DNA of 64,000 nt, from the NCBI GenBank assembly GCA_963660905.1, contig CAVKZJ010000003.1:42160-106159 (forward strand), given 5' to 3'. A program made the translations under genes and the position numbers. The notes beneath the pieces are model-generated. The model was not told the origin of the DNA, did not search any database, and saw nothing but the letters and a program-made list of their open reading frames with translations. Within the stretch, counting starts at the first letter, position 1. Each line of letters begins with the position of its first letter. Below are positions 45,012 through 54,004 of the stretch, in pieces. Source of the DNA: a bacterium. Its GTDB lineage: Bacteria > Bacillota_I > Bacilli_A > RFN20 > CAG-288.

Positions 45012-46829
45012 ATGTCTTATCTTGATTATCCTGTTCTGAAACAGAAGATATCCCTTTTGCCTGATGTTCCCGGCTCCTATCAGATGAAGGATGCCAACGG
45101 CACCATCATTTATGTCGGAAAGGCAAAATCCCTTGTCAAAAGAGTGAAACAGTATTTCACAAGGCCCCAGGTCGGAAAAGTGAAGAGAATGGTTGATGAA
45201 ATCCGAGATTTCGATTATATCGAGACGAATTCCGAGAAAGAGGCTCTTCTTCTTGAAATTTCCCTGATTCATAAATATTATCCGAAATACAACATCATGC
45301 TGATGGATGATCGCATGTATCCTTATATTGCCTTGAAGAAGAAGGAAGATCCCTATCTGAAGATTGCCAGAAGCGATAAGGAGAAGGGATACTATTATTT
45401 CGGTCCTTTTCCCAACAGCTCGGACGCCTTCAAGATGATCGACCTTCTCAACAAAATCTATCCCTTGAGAAAATGCAAGAATATCCCTTCAAAGCCATGT
45501 CTTTATTATCACATGTCGCAATGCCTTGCTCCCTGCATCAAGAAAGTCGAGGAGAAGGAGTATCAGAAGATGGTGGAGGAAATCAACCGATTCCTCAATG
45601 GGGATTCTTCCTCCCTGGAAGCACAGATGAAGGCTAAGATGAAGGAATATGCCGATAAGATGGAATTCGAAAGAGCGCAGGACTATAAGAATCTTCTTGC
45701 AAGCATTCAAAAGATCACCTCTTCCCAGAAAATCATCTTTAAGGACCATGTCTCGAGAGACATTGTGGGCTATTCCATCCGTGAAGGCTATATCTGCGTG
45801 GTTTTCCTGCTCTATCGAAAAGGCGTTCTTTTAGGAAAGAATACCTATATTGAGGAACTGCAGGATGATATCGATGATCTTCTTGAGGAAATCATTCTGG
45901 AATTCTATGAAAAGCACAAGGATTATCCAAAGGAACTGATTGTTCCTTCTGATTCGATCAAGGATGTCCTTTCGCAGTCCTTGTCGATTAAGGTTTATTG
46001 TCCGACAAGAGGAAAGAAAAGAGACCTGATGGCGATGGCTTTGGAAAATTCAAAGCAGATGCTTGACCAGCATTTCCAGACTGCCCGTTTGGAGGATGAT
46101 GTCCTAGTTCTTCTTGAGGAACTGAAGAGCAAACTCGGACTGAAGAAGACGCCTTTGGATATCGAACTGTATGATAACTCCCATACCCAGGGCTATGATC
46201 CAGTCGGGGCGATGGTCAAATACATCAATGGCGAAAAGGCGCCGCAGCAGTATCGGAAATACAAAATCACCCAACCCAATCCCCAAGACGACTTGGCCAG
46301 CATGTACGAAGTGTTGACCCGTCGCTTCTCCAGGCTCAAGGAAGAGAATGCCAAGATGCCAGATCTCATCATTCTCGATGGCGGCACCACCCAATGTCAG
46401 GTTGGCCTAAAAGCCAAGGAGGACGTCGGCGTGGAGATTCCTCTTGCCGGTCTGCAGAAGAATGACAAGCATGAAACGGATACCCTCATCAATGCGGATA
46501 CGGGAGAAGAGATTCCCCTAGAGAAGAATTCGCCTCTCTTCTTTCTTCTGATGAGAATGCAGGATGAGATTCATCGCTTTGCCATCACCTATCATCGTGG
46601 GAAGAGAGGCAAATCGGTTTTCAAGACCATCTATGATGATGTGAAGAATATCGGCGAAAAAAGAAAGCAGAAGCTTCTTGACCTCTATCCGACCATGGAG
46701 TCCTTGGAGGGCGTCAAAGAGGAGGAACTATCCCAGATTGTTCCCTTGGAATCCGCAAAAGCGATTCTAAAGAAGAGAGATGATTATTTTCTGGAAAAGA
46801 AAAAACTGGAAGGAAGGAATAAATCATGA
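45012..46829 (+). CDS. uvrC: excinuclease ABC subunit C
   Basis: N-terminal GIY-YIG motif (GSYQMKD...IIYVGKA), UvrBC-interacting region, C-terminal RNase H-like and HhH domains; 605 aa. Confidence 0.95.
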   Translation: MSYLDYPVLKQKISLLPDVPGSYQMKDANGTIIYVGKAKSLVKRVKQYFTRPQVGKVKRMVDEIRDFDYIETNSEKEALLLEISLIHKYYPKYNIMLMDDRMYPYIALKKKEDPYLKIARSDKEKGYYYFGPFPNSSDAFKMIDLLNKIYPLRKCKNIPSKPCLYYHMSQCLAPCIKKVEEKEYQKMVEEINRFLNGDSSSLEAQMKAKMKEYADKMEFERAQDYKNLLASIQKITSSQKIIFKDHVSRDIVGYSIREGYICVVFLLYRKGVLLGKNTYIEELQDDIDDLLEEIILEFYEKHKDYPKELIVPSDSIKDVLSQSLSIKVYCPTRGKKRDLMAMALENSKQMLDQHFQTARLEDDVLVLLEELKSKLGLKKTPLDIELYDNSHTQGYDPVGAMVKYINGEKAPQQYRKYKITQPNPQDDLASMYEVLTRRFSRLKEENAKMPDLIILDGGTTQCQVGLKAKEDVGVEIPLAGLQKNDKHETDTLINADTGEEIPLEKNSPLFFLLMRMQDEIHRFAITYHRGKRGKSVFKTIYDDVKNIGEKRKQKLLDLYPTMESLEGVKEEELSQIVPLESAKAILKKRDDYFLEKKKLEGRNKS

Positions 46830-47518
46830 AAGATCAAATCGAAAAGAAACAATTCATACCAAATCTCATAAGTCTTCTTTTTTCCATCAGCATGTTTTTA
46901 TTGATGATGGTTCCGCATTCACAATACGATCTTCTCAATGAGATGCTGACATTGTCCAATAAGGAGAGCATCAATCTCTTTGTCATTCTTCCAAGCATCG
47001 CAACGGTGTTTGTCATCATTTCGTATTGCTTTGTCGGCATGATGTCGCTTCTTTCTTTTTTGATTTCCTATTTCTATAATTATCATTTTGTCAGCCGAGG
47101 CATCCTGATTGCCTTCTGGATCTCTGTGGTTCTCCAATCCTTCTATTTCTTCTTTGGACTTGGCGGGGTATTGGACAATGGTCAGAGTGTGATTGCTGTG
47201 GGAAATGGCATCATCTATGCCCTGAATCTTCTTTTCTTGGGAGTCTATTCCTATCTCTATTTCCGCTTGATTGAGCATCCTTATCAGAAAATCAAAAAGG
47301 AAGCTTCCTTGCTTCTGAAAGAGGAAAAAGAGAAAACCATATCTTCTTTGGATGCAAAAGAAGAAAAGGAAGAAAAGAAAGAAGAGCCAAAGGAGAATAA
47401 GACAAAAGATGATCTTCAGAAAACCATTCTGAAGATGGTCAGTGAAGGAAAAATGAAAGTGGAGGATGCCAATAACATTCTGCAGGAACTGAACAAGGAG
47501 AACCGGGACGCAAAGTAA
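46826..47518 (+). CDS. integral membrane protein with Lys/Glu-rich C-terminal tail, function unknown
   Basis: 4-5 predicted TM helices; ATGA overlap with uvrC. Confidence 0.5.
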   Translation: MKDQIEKKQFIPNLISLLFSISMFLLMMVPHSQYDLLNEMLTLSNKESINLFVILPSIATVFVIISYCFVGMMSLLSFLISYFYNYHFVSRGILIAFWISVVLQSFYFFFGLGGVLDNGQSVIAVGNGIIYALNLLFLGVYSYLYFRLIEHPYQKIKKEASLLLKEEKEKTISSLDAKEEKEEKKEEPKENKTKDDLQKTILKMVSEGKMKVEDANNILQELNKENRDAK

Positions 47519-47582
47519 AAAAATCCTTGAAATAGACGGGTGGTTAAAATATAATTGTAAAGCCTATCGAAAGGTGGGTGTT

Positions 47583-47659
47583 CGGGACGTAGCGCAGCTT
47601 GGTAGCGCACTTCCTTGGGGTGGAAGGGGTCATGGGTTCAAATCCCATCGTTCCGACCA
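47583..47659 (+). tRNA. tRNA-Pro (GGG anticodon)
   Basis: Manual fold: CGGGACG/CGTTCCG acceptor stem, GCGC D-stem, CTTCC/GGAAG anticodon stem with loop TTGGGGT, ATGGG/CCCAT T-stem, 3' CCA. Confidence 0.85.
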
Positions 47660-47671
47660 TGATAGTCAAAG

Positions 47672-47700
47672 ATGCCTCTTCGGGGGCGTTTTTTTATGGA
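47672..47700 (+). terminator. rho-independent terminator after tRNA-Pro
   Basis: GCCTC-ttcg-GGGGC hairpin followed by GTTTTTTTAT. Confidence 0.45.
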
Positions 47701-47844
47701 AAAAGACATCTTGTGGATGTTTTCTTGTTTCTGAGATTGACAAATATACTATTATGTCATGCTACATTCTAATTTTCTTTTCTTCTATCCATTTCTTTTT
47801 GATTTCTGTCTTATCTGTGTATACAATATACACTAAAGGAGAAA

Positions 47845-50800
47845 ATGTATTATATGATGCTCGAAGTTAGGCATCTGATGCGTACATACAGGGTGAAGAA
47901 TGCCGATCCTGTCTATGCGCTGAATGATGTGTCATTGAAATTCCCGGAAACGGGTCTTGTCTTTATTTTAGGTAAATCTGGTTCAGGAAAATCCACTCTT
48001 CTCAACGTCATGGGCGGATTGGATAAGGCGGATGATGGCGAAATCATCATCAATGGAAAATCCTCGAAGGAATTTTCGGGAAGCGAGATGGATTCCTATC
48101 GTAACACCTATCTCGGCTTCATCTTTCAGGAATACAATATTCTTTCTGATTTCACGGTCAAGGAGAATATTGCCCTTGCTCTGCAATTGCAGCATAAGAA
48201 GGCCACCGATGAGGCCATTGAGAACATTCTTAAGGAAGTCGATCTTTCCGGATATGGAAAAAGAAAGCCGAATGAACTCTCCGGCGGTCAGAAGCAGAGA
48301 GTCGCCATCGCCAGAGCCTTGGTCAAGGAACCGAAAATCATCTTCGGCGATGAACCGACTGGTGCCTTGGATAGCAATACAGGAAAGCAGGTTTTCGAAA
48401 CACTGAAGAAGCTTTCGAAGACGAAGCTGGTCGTCATCGTTTCCCATGACCGTGATTTTGCAGAACACTTCGGTGACAGAGTCATCGAACTGAAGGATGG
48501 GAAAGTCATTTCGGATATCACCAAGACGAGTGTAGAAAGCATCAAGGCTACTTCAGGTCTGTCCTTGATTGGCGACAACATGATCCGAATCGAAAAGAAC
48601 CGACCTTTGACAGCGGAAGATCTTCCCTTGATCAACAAAGCCATCGAGAACGCGAGTAGCGATATCTATATCACCGCCGATAGCCATGCCAATGAAGCAC
48701 TCTGTGAAGCGGCAAGAATCGATAAGGATGGAAATCGTCAGGAATTTGTTTCCACTGATCCAGATAAGATCAAGATGGGAAATGATTCCTTCGATGTCGT
48801 CAAAAGCCGTTTCTCTTTAGGCCATGCCTTCAGAATGGGTGGAAAATCCATGCGAGTGAAGCCTTTCCGTTTGGTTTTCACGATTTTCCTATCGACCATC
48901 TCCTTCTCTTTGTTCGGAACAAGCGCCACTTTGGCGATGTTCTCTGAAAAGAGTGCGGTCAAGAATGTCATCCAGGATAACAAGATCGATGTTCTTTCCC
49001 TCCGCTATTCGGATAAAACGGAAAACGGCAAACAATCGGAAGGATTGAGCGAAGAGAAGATTGCCGAAGTCAAGAAGGAAACCGGGGTGCAGATTTATAC
49101 CTCCAAATACAGCAATCTCAATCTGAATGTGAATACATCAGGCAATGACTTTTTCCATGCGACACAGATGAATTATGCCATGGAAGCAAGTCAGCAGATG
49201 ATGGATGATCTTGGCTTTTCATTGACATGCGGAAATCTTCCGACAAACGAGAGTGAAATCTGTCTTTCCCTTTATGCCTACTATTCTTTGCAGGATTTGG
49301 GAACGAGCACCATCGAGAAGCCGGAGGATGTCCTCGGCATGGAATTCAGCGTTTATCAGTATTCCTCTTCCTCGTCAAGGACATTGACGCTCACGGGCAT
49401 TATCGATACGAAGCTTCCTGAAAAGTATCTCCAGTACCGAACTTCGACGGAGAAACTCGATTGGAGCAATCCGGATTATCAGGCTCTCATGAATTTGAGA
49501 AACAATAGTTCGATTCATACGACCTATTTCTATGGAGGCTCTCAGGGTTCTCAAGGACAGGACAGCGATATCATCATAAATACAAATCTTATGCCGGATG
49601 GTGATAAGTACTACAATCTTTCCTTGGCCTATTATGCCAATCATGCCGATACCTATTTCTTCGATAAGAGCAAGACGAGTCTTTCTTCTGAAGAGGCACT
49701 TGTCTCATCCGAATATTTCCTCAATCTTTTAAGCCAGTCGTCATCTTCCACAAGTGAAAACACATATAGTTTTACCTTCACGGGTGCGCCGGAATACTTT
49801 GGAGGAACCGATTATTCCTTCACGGATGAATCAGAGAACATGATTTCAGAGCATATTCAGCAGGCCGCAAGTTATAAGACAATCAATGACAAGTATAGTG
49901 ATTTCTACCAGAATGATTTTGCGATAGCAAAAGCAATCAATGAAGGAACTGGTTCATACGATCGATGTACTGTGATCATGCCTTCTTATGATTCCGCGTC
50001 TGGAACTGAGGTCTATAAAGATGAAGACTATCAGAATGCGACGAATGAACAGAAGTATCAGCTGTTCAGCTATTATTTCAATAACTATATCCGAAATCAG
50101 AACGACATTTCCTCTTCTTATTACAATTACTATCTGGATGCCATTTCGGGATATCAGAAGGAATTGGCAAACAAATATTCCAACCTGACTGCAGAGTTCA
50201 TCAATCAACAGACTAATGATATTTCTATGAAACTGCAAAATGAATATATTTCGAAATACTATGAGGAAGCCTATCAGAAATACAAAAATCAGTCGTATTA
50301 TGCGGATGCAATCAATCAATTGAAAAAGCAGTACAAAGTCGATGAAGTGACGGATGCCATCAAAAAAGATGTTTTCCAAATGTACTTCTATCAGACTTCA
50401 TATTATAAGCAGTATCAAAGCGACTATAAGAAAAAACAGAAAGAAATCTTCCAGAATTATGATTTCTCGTCTCTGAATTTGAGCATTGTCCCATCAAGTT
50501 CGGAAGATGATAAATATTCTCTCTCCTTCCCGACCTTCCGTGTTGTCGGCGTAGACTTCGACCTGAATTACATGAACATGGCCATCTCCAAGAATGATGC
50601 GGAAACTCTCAAGGCCAAAGAAAATGAAATGGGAATCAGCTACGAAAATCAAATCACGACGGGATATGTCGGCATCTCCAATCAGAATATGGATAAATTC
50701 CTCGATTTCTATTTCAAAAAGAAGAAGTCGCTCGAGGATTATGAATCTGCGGCAGTTGGTTCCTGGAAGTTTGCGATTACCAATAGCGAAGTTTCGACAA

Positions 50801-51234
50801 CAGAGAGCTATGCCTATATGATTGCCATACTGACTCAGGTCTTCCTTTATGTCGGTATTGTCCTAGCCATATTCAGTATGCTTCTCTTCTATAACTTCAT
50901 CTCCGTGTCCATCAATAACAAGAAGAGAGAAATCGGTATTCTCAGGGCAGTCGGTGCCAAGAGAAGCGATGTCTTCAAGATCTTCTATTCCGAAGCCTTC
51001 ATCATCGCGATGTTCAACTTTGTCTTCTCTACCATCATCACCTTCATTCTCTCCTACATCCTAAATCAGGGATTCAAGGAAGCAGCCAGCTTATCCTTCA
51101 ACCTCATGAATCCGAATATCCTAATTATTTTGCTTCTGTTCGGCGTTGCCATCCTGACGAGTTTCATCTCCTCGATTCTTCCTGTCACGAAGATTGCCAA
51201 CAAGAAGCCAATCGACGCAATTCAGAATCGTTAA
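47845..51234 (+). CDS. fused ABC transporter ATPase plus MacB/FtsX-type permease with about 650-aa extracytoplasmic domain
   Basis: N-terminal Walker A GKSGSGKST, ABC signature LSGGQKQR, Walker B IFGDEP; a TM segment at about residue 340, then a long Tyr/Ser/Asn-rich extracellular region; C-terminal FtsX-like 3-TM bundle; the start could be 47854. Confidence 0.85.
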   Translation: MYYMMLEVRHLMRTYRVKNADPVYALNDVSLKFPETGLVFILGKSGSGKSTLLNVMGGLDKADDGEIIINGKSSKEFSGSEMDSYRNTYLGFIFQEYNILSDFTVKENIALALQLQHKKATDEAIENILKEVDLSGYGKRKPNELSGGQKQRVAIARALVKEPKIIFGDEPTGALDSNTGKQVFETLKKLSKTKLVVIVSHDRDFAEHFGDRVIELKDGKVISDITKTSVESIKATSGLSLIGDNMIRIEKNRPLTAEDLPLINKAIENASSDIYITADSHANEALCEAARIDKDGNRQEFVSTDPDKIKMGNDSFDVVKSRFSLGHAFRMGGKSMRVKPFRLVFTIFLSTISFSLFGTSATLAMFSEKSAVKNVIQDNKIDVLSLRYSDKTENGKQSEGLSEEKIAEVKKETGVQIYTSKYSNLNLNVNTSGNDFFHATQMNYAMEASQQMMDDLGFSLTCGNLPTNESEICLSLYAYYSLQDLGTSTIEKPEDVLGMEFSVYQYSSSSSRTLTLTGIIDTKLPEKYLQYRTSTEKLDWSNPDYQALMNLRNNSSIHTTYFYGGSQGSQGQDSDIIINTNLMPDGDKYYNLSLAYYANHADTYFFDKSKTSLSSEEALVSSEYFLNLLSQSSSSTSENTYSFTFTGAPEYFGGTDYSFTDESENMISEHIQQAASYKTINDKYSDFYQNDFAIAKAINEGTGSYDRCTVIMPSYDSASGTEVYKDEDYQNATNEQKYQLFSYYFNNYIRNQNDISSSYYNYYLDAISGYQKELANKYSNLTAEFINQQTNDISMKLQNEYISKYYEEAYQKYKNQSYYADAINQLKKQYKVDEVTDAIKKDVFQMYFYQTSYYKQYQSDYKKKQKEIFQNYDFSSLNLSIVPSSSEDDKYSLSFPTFRVVGVDFDLNYMNMAISKNDAETLKAKENEMGISYENQITTGYVGISNQNMDKFLDFYFKKKKSLEDYESAAVGSWKFAITNSEVSTTESYAYMIAILTQVFLYVGIVLAIFSMLLFYNFISVSINNKKREIGILRAVGAKRSDVFKIFYSEAFIIAMFNFVFSTIITFILSYILNQGFKEAASLSFNLMNPNILIILLLFGVAILTSFISSILPVTKIANKKPIDAIQNR

Positions 51235-51617
51235 AAAAGAAAGGCGATCAATTCACTTGTCTATTTCTAGGTCAGTGATTGATTGCTTTTTTCTTATGGG
51301 AGAAGACGATATTCATTTATAGGATGTATCCATGAATGGTCAATCTCGATATAGGTACTGCTTTTTTATGACTTTGATGGATACAAGATAATTCATTTCA
51401 TGATTTCATTGATACAGACATTTGGACCAAATCGTTTTTCTTATCGTTCGTGTATTGATAAATACTGTACATTTTTGCACTAGATAATGAATTTCAAGAT
51501 GGGTTAATATAAAAAACTATATTTTTTTAAGGCTTTTGCTTGAAAAAATGATGGAAAGCGATTATCATTTAACATGAGCCTATGGTTTTGCCGTAGGTGT
51601 AAAGAGAGGATTGAGAT

Positions 51618-51845
51618 ATGATTATTGTCAACGTCGATGTCGAACTTGCCAAGCACAAGATGACGGTCACGGAACTGTCCGAGAAACTTGGCCTTACCAT
51701 GGCGAATGTTTCCATTCTGAAGAATGGAAAGCTCAAGGCCATCAAATTGAAGACCTTGGACAAACTCTGTGAGATTTTTGACTGCCAGCCGAGCGATCTC
51801 TTCGAATATCGTCCGGATGTCAAGGAAGACGAAGAAGAGAAGTAA
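51618..51845 (+). CDS. XRE/Cro-type HTH transcriptional regulator (YozG-like)
   Basis: 75 aa; HTH MTVTELSEKLGLTMANVSILKNGK; acidic C-terminal tail. Confidence 0.8.
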   Translation: MIIVNVDVELAKHKMTVTELSEKLGLTMANVSILKNGKLKAIKLKTLDKLCEIFDCQPSDLFEYRPDVKEDEEEK

Positions 51846-51848
51846 ACA

Positions 51849-52208
51849 ATGAAAGAAAAAAAGGCTGTTGACCAAGCGGAAGCGGAAGCGAGAAAAATGC
51901 ATCTTCCTCCATTCTATTTGGGATACAGCCTTTTTGTGTTGTGCGGAATCCTTTCCATGCTCATCATTCTCTTCTTTGCAGTCTTCACCTCGGAAAATCA
52001 TTCCGGAGACCTGATGCTGCACGCCGTCTTGATTGTCGAACTTGCCGGAATCGGCTATTTTCTTCCATTCTACTTCCTTCCGGAAGTCTTGGGTATCACT
52101 CGATATGAAAAAATGAGAAAACCAAACCTGATCTTCTTGATCATCAACACGGTTTTGTTTTCCTGCTTCTATCCGATTCTATCTTTGCTTTTCTCGCTTA
52201 CATGCTAA
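51849..52208 (+). CDS. small membrane protein (DUF2975-like partner of the YozG-type regulator)
   Basis: 119 aa, 3-4 TM helices; 4 nt after the HTH gene; such pairs are common in Firmicutes, and the family assignment is by architecture only. Confidence 0.55.
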   Translation: MKEKKAVDQAEAEARKMHLPPFYLGYSLFVLCGILSMLIILFFAVFTSENHSGDLMLHAVLIVELAGIGYFLPFYFLPEVLGITRYEKMRKPNLIFLIINTVLFSCFYPILSLLFSLTC

Positions 52209-52992
52209 AGAAAGGCGCTGTTTCAGAGACCATGATTTCCTTATCCCCGATGAGGAATTTTTTTTGTTTTCCTATGTAAATCTCGATTGTGTTTTCCTGT
52301 CGGATGGGAAGATTCATGAACCCATAGCGGATACGATATTCCATAAGGGAATGGATGATCAGCTTTTCATTTCTGAAGGAAATGTCCATGCTCGCTTCCT
52401 TGAAGTCGGGATAGGAGTCGAATTTTCCTCGATTTTTTATGGATAGGGAAAGATGGCAGTGAGTGATTTTTGGGTTCAGGGAAAGAGAATAGGTCTCCTC
52501 TTCCTTATGGATGGATTTGATTCCATCTAAAATGATGTCTTCCGGGAATAGATTCTGGATTGTCATGGATTTCTCGTTTTCTTCTTCCTGGAAGAGTTCA
52601 TTGAGAATCTCATCCTTTTTTCTTGGCTGACAGAAAACCGAATATTTTTTCTGGCAGAGTTTCCCATATGTTTGGATGTAGGTTTGATAATCATATTCCT
52701 TCGGATTCTTTTTTAGGAGATCCGTCTTGTCTTTTCCTTGGTATTCCTTAATCTTGCCATGATTGTCATCGATGGTGAAACTCGCAAAATGGACAAAGCA
52801 GGAATCCGAGAGAGTGGTGATCATGCTTTTCTCTTCCATATAGAAGGCATCTGAATATGTTTTCTGTGTTGTCTCGATGCCCATTAAGGAGACAAAGGAA
52901 AGAGTCTCGGAATGAAGATAGAGTTCATCCTGGGAAAGATAGAAATCCAGGTTGGACAATAAATCTTGAATCAGGTTTTCTTTTACGTTCAT
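52198..52992 (-). CDS. hypothetical protein, paralog of the C-terminal part of the membrane protein at 58428-59663
   Basis: Shared block KKNPKEYDYQTYIQTYGKLCQKKY versus KKNNTPKEYTYDEYIQSYGKLLQGSYY and downstream similarity; no TM segment; start is uncertain (trimmed to MNVKEN, weak RBS). Confidence 0.45.
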   Translation of the reverse strand: MNVKENLIQDLLSNLDFYLSQDELYLHSETLSFVSLMGIETTQKTYSDAFYMEEKSMITTLSDSCFVHFASFTIDDNHGKIKEYQGKDKTDLLKKNPKEYDYQTYIQTYGKLCQKKYSVFCQPRKKDEILNELFQEEENEKSMTIQNLFPEDIILDGIKSIHKEEETYSLSLNPKITHCHLSLSIKNRGKFDSYPDFKEASMDISFRNEKLIIHSLMEYRIRYGFMNLPIRQENTIEIYIGKQKKFLIGDKEIMVSETAPFFSM

Positions 52993-53074
52993 ATGTTTAT
53001 TATACCATTGTACTTTTTCTGGCCAAGCAAAAGAAAAAATATGATATGATAAATGCAAGAAGGAGTTATGAACA

Positions 53075-53977
53075 ATGTCCATATTCACAGTCAAAATCAA
53101 TGATGAATTTTCTCTCAGGGGAAATGATTATCTCATCGAGAATTCGAAAGCCCATCTTCTTGCCATCACAGGCATGAATGAGCATTCTTCCCGTTATGAG
53201 ACGTTCGCTAAGGAACTCAATGCCCATGGCTATTCGGTTTCGGTCTTGGATCATTTCGGCCAGGGAGAGAATGCTCCAAATCCCGATGATCAGGAAAAAT
53301 GGCCGGTTGGCGCATGGAAGATGATGCTCAAGGCTTTGAACAACAAAGTGCAGGAACTGAGAAAGGATGGCAAGCCCGTCTATCTGATGGGACATTCCAT
53401 GGGAAGCTTTGCCATGCAGGCCTACTTGGAAAACTATCCAGACACGATTGACAAGATCATCATCATGTCGAGCAATGGAATGAATAATAGACTCGCCATT
53501 AAGATGGGCTATTGTCTTTCCAAGATGACAACCAATAAGAAGAATTTCGACAAAGAAGATAAATTGATGGCCAAGATGTCTCTCGGTCCTTATATCAAAT
53601 CGGTAAAGGATCGTGAGGATGACAATGACTGGCTTTCCTTCAACAAGGAAAATGTCAAATGCTACAATGCCGATCCGTATTGCGGACACTATAATACCCA
53701 TGGCTTTTTCTTAGGCTTCATGACGGGATTGAAGGAACTCTATAAAAAGAAGAATCTCGCCAAGATTTCCAAGAACGAAAAGATTCTCATTGTGGCAGGA
53801 ACGGAAGATCCGGTGGGCGCCTTTGCAAAAGGACCAAAATCCCTCGAAAAAATGTATCGTTCTTTGGGTATAAAGGATGTCACGCTGATTCTTTATCCAA
53901 ATATGCGTCATGAAATCCTCAATGAAACAGAAAGAGACAAAGTCGTCAACGATATCATTTCCTTCCTCGATAAGTGA
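53075..53977 (+). CDS. alpha/beta hydrolase (lysophospholipase / monoacylglycerol lipase-like)
   Basis: GHSMGS nucleophile elbow; a conserved Asp and HE.L near the C-terminus make a plausible catalytic triad; 300 aa. Confidence 0.8.
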   Translation: MSIFTVKINDEFSLRGNDYLIENSKAHLLAITGMNEHSSRYETFAKELNAHGYSVSVLDHFGQGENAPNPDDQEKWPVGAWKMMLKALNNKVQELRKDGKPVYLMGHSMGSFAMQAYLENYPDTIDKIIIMSSNGMNNRLAIKMGYCLSKMTTNKKNFDKEDKLMAKMSLGPYIKSVKDREDDNDWLSFNKENVKCYNADPYCGHYNTHGFFLGFMTGLKELYKKKNLAKISKNEKILIVAGTEDPVGAFAKGPKSLEKMYRSLGIKDVTLILYPNMRHEILNETERDKVVNDIISFLDK

Positions 53978-54004
53978 TTCGAAAAAAGGAATAGACCCTA
54001 GGAT

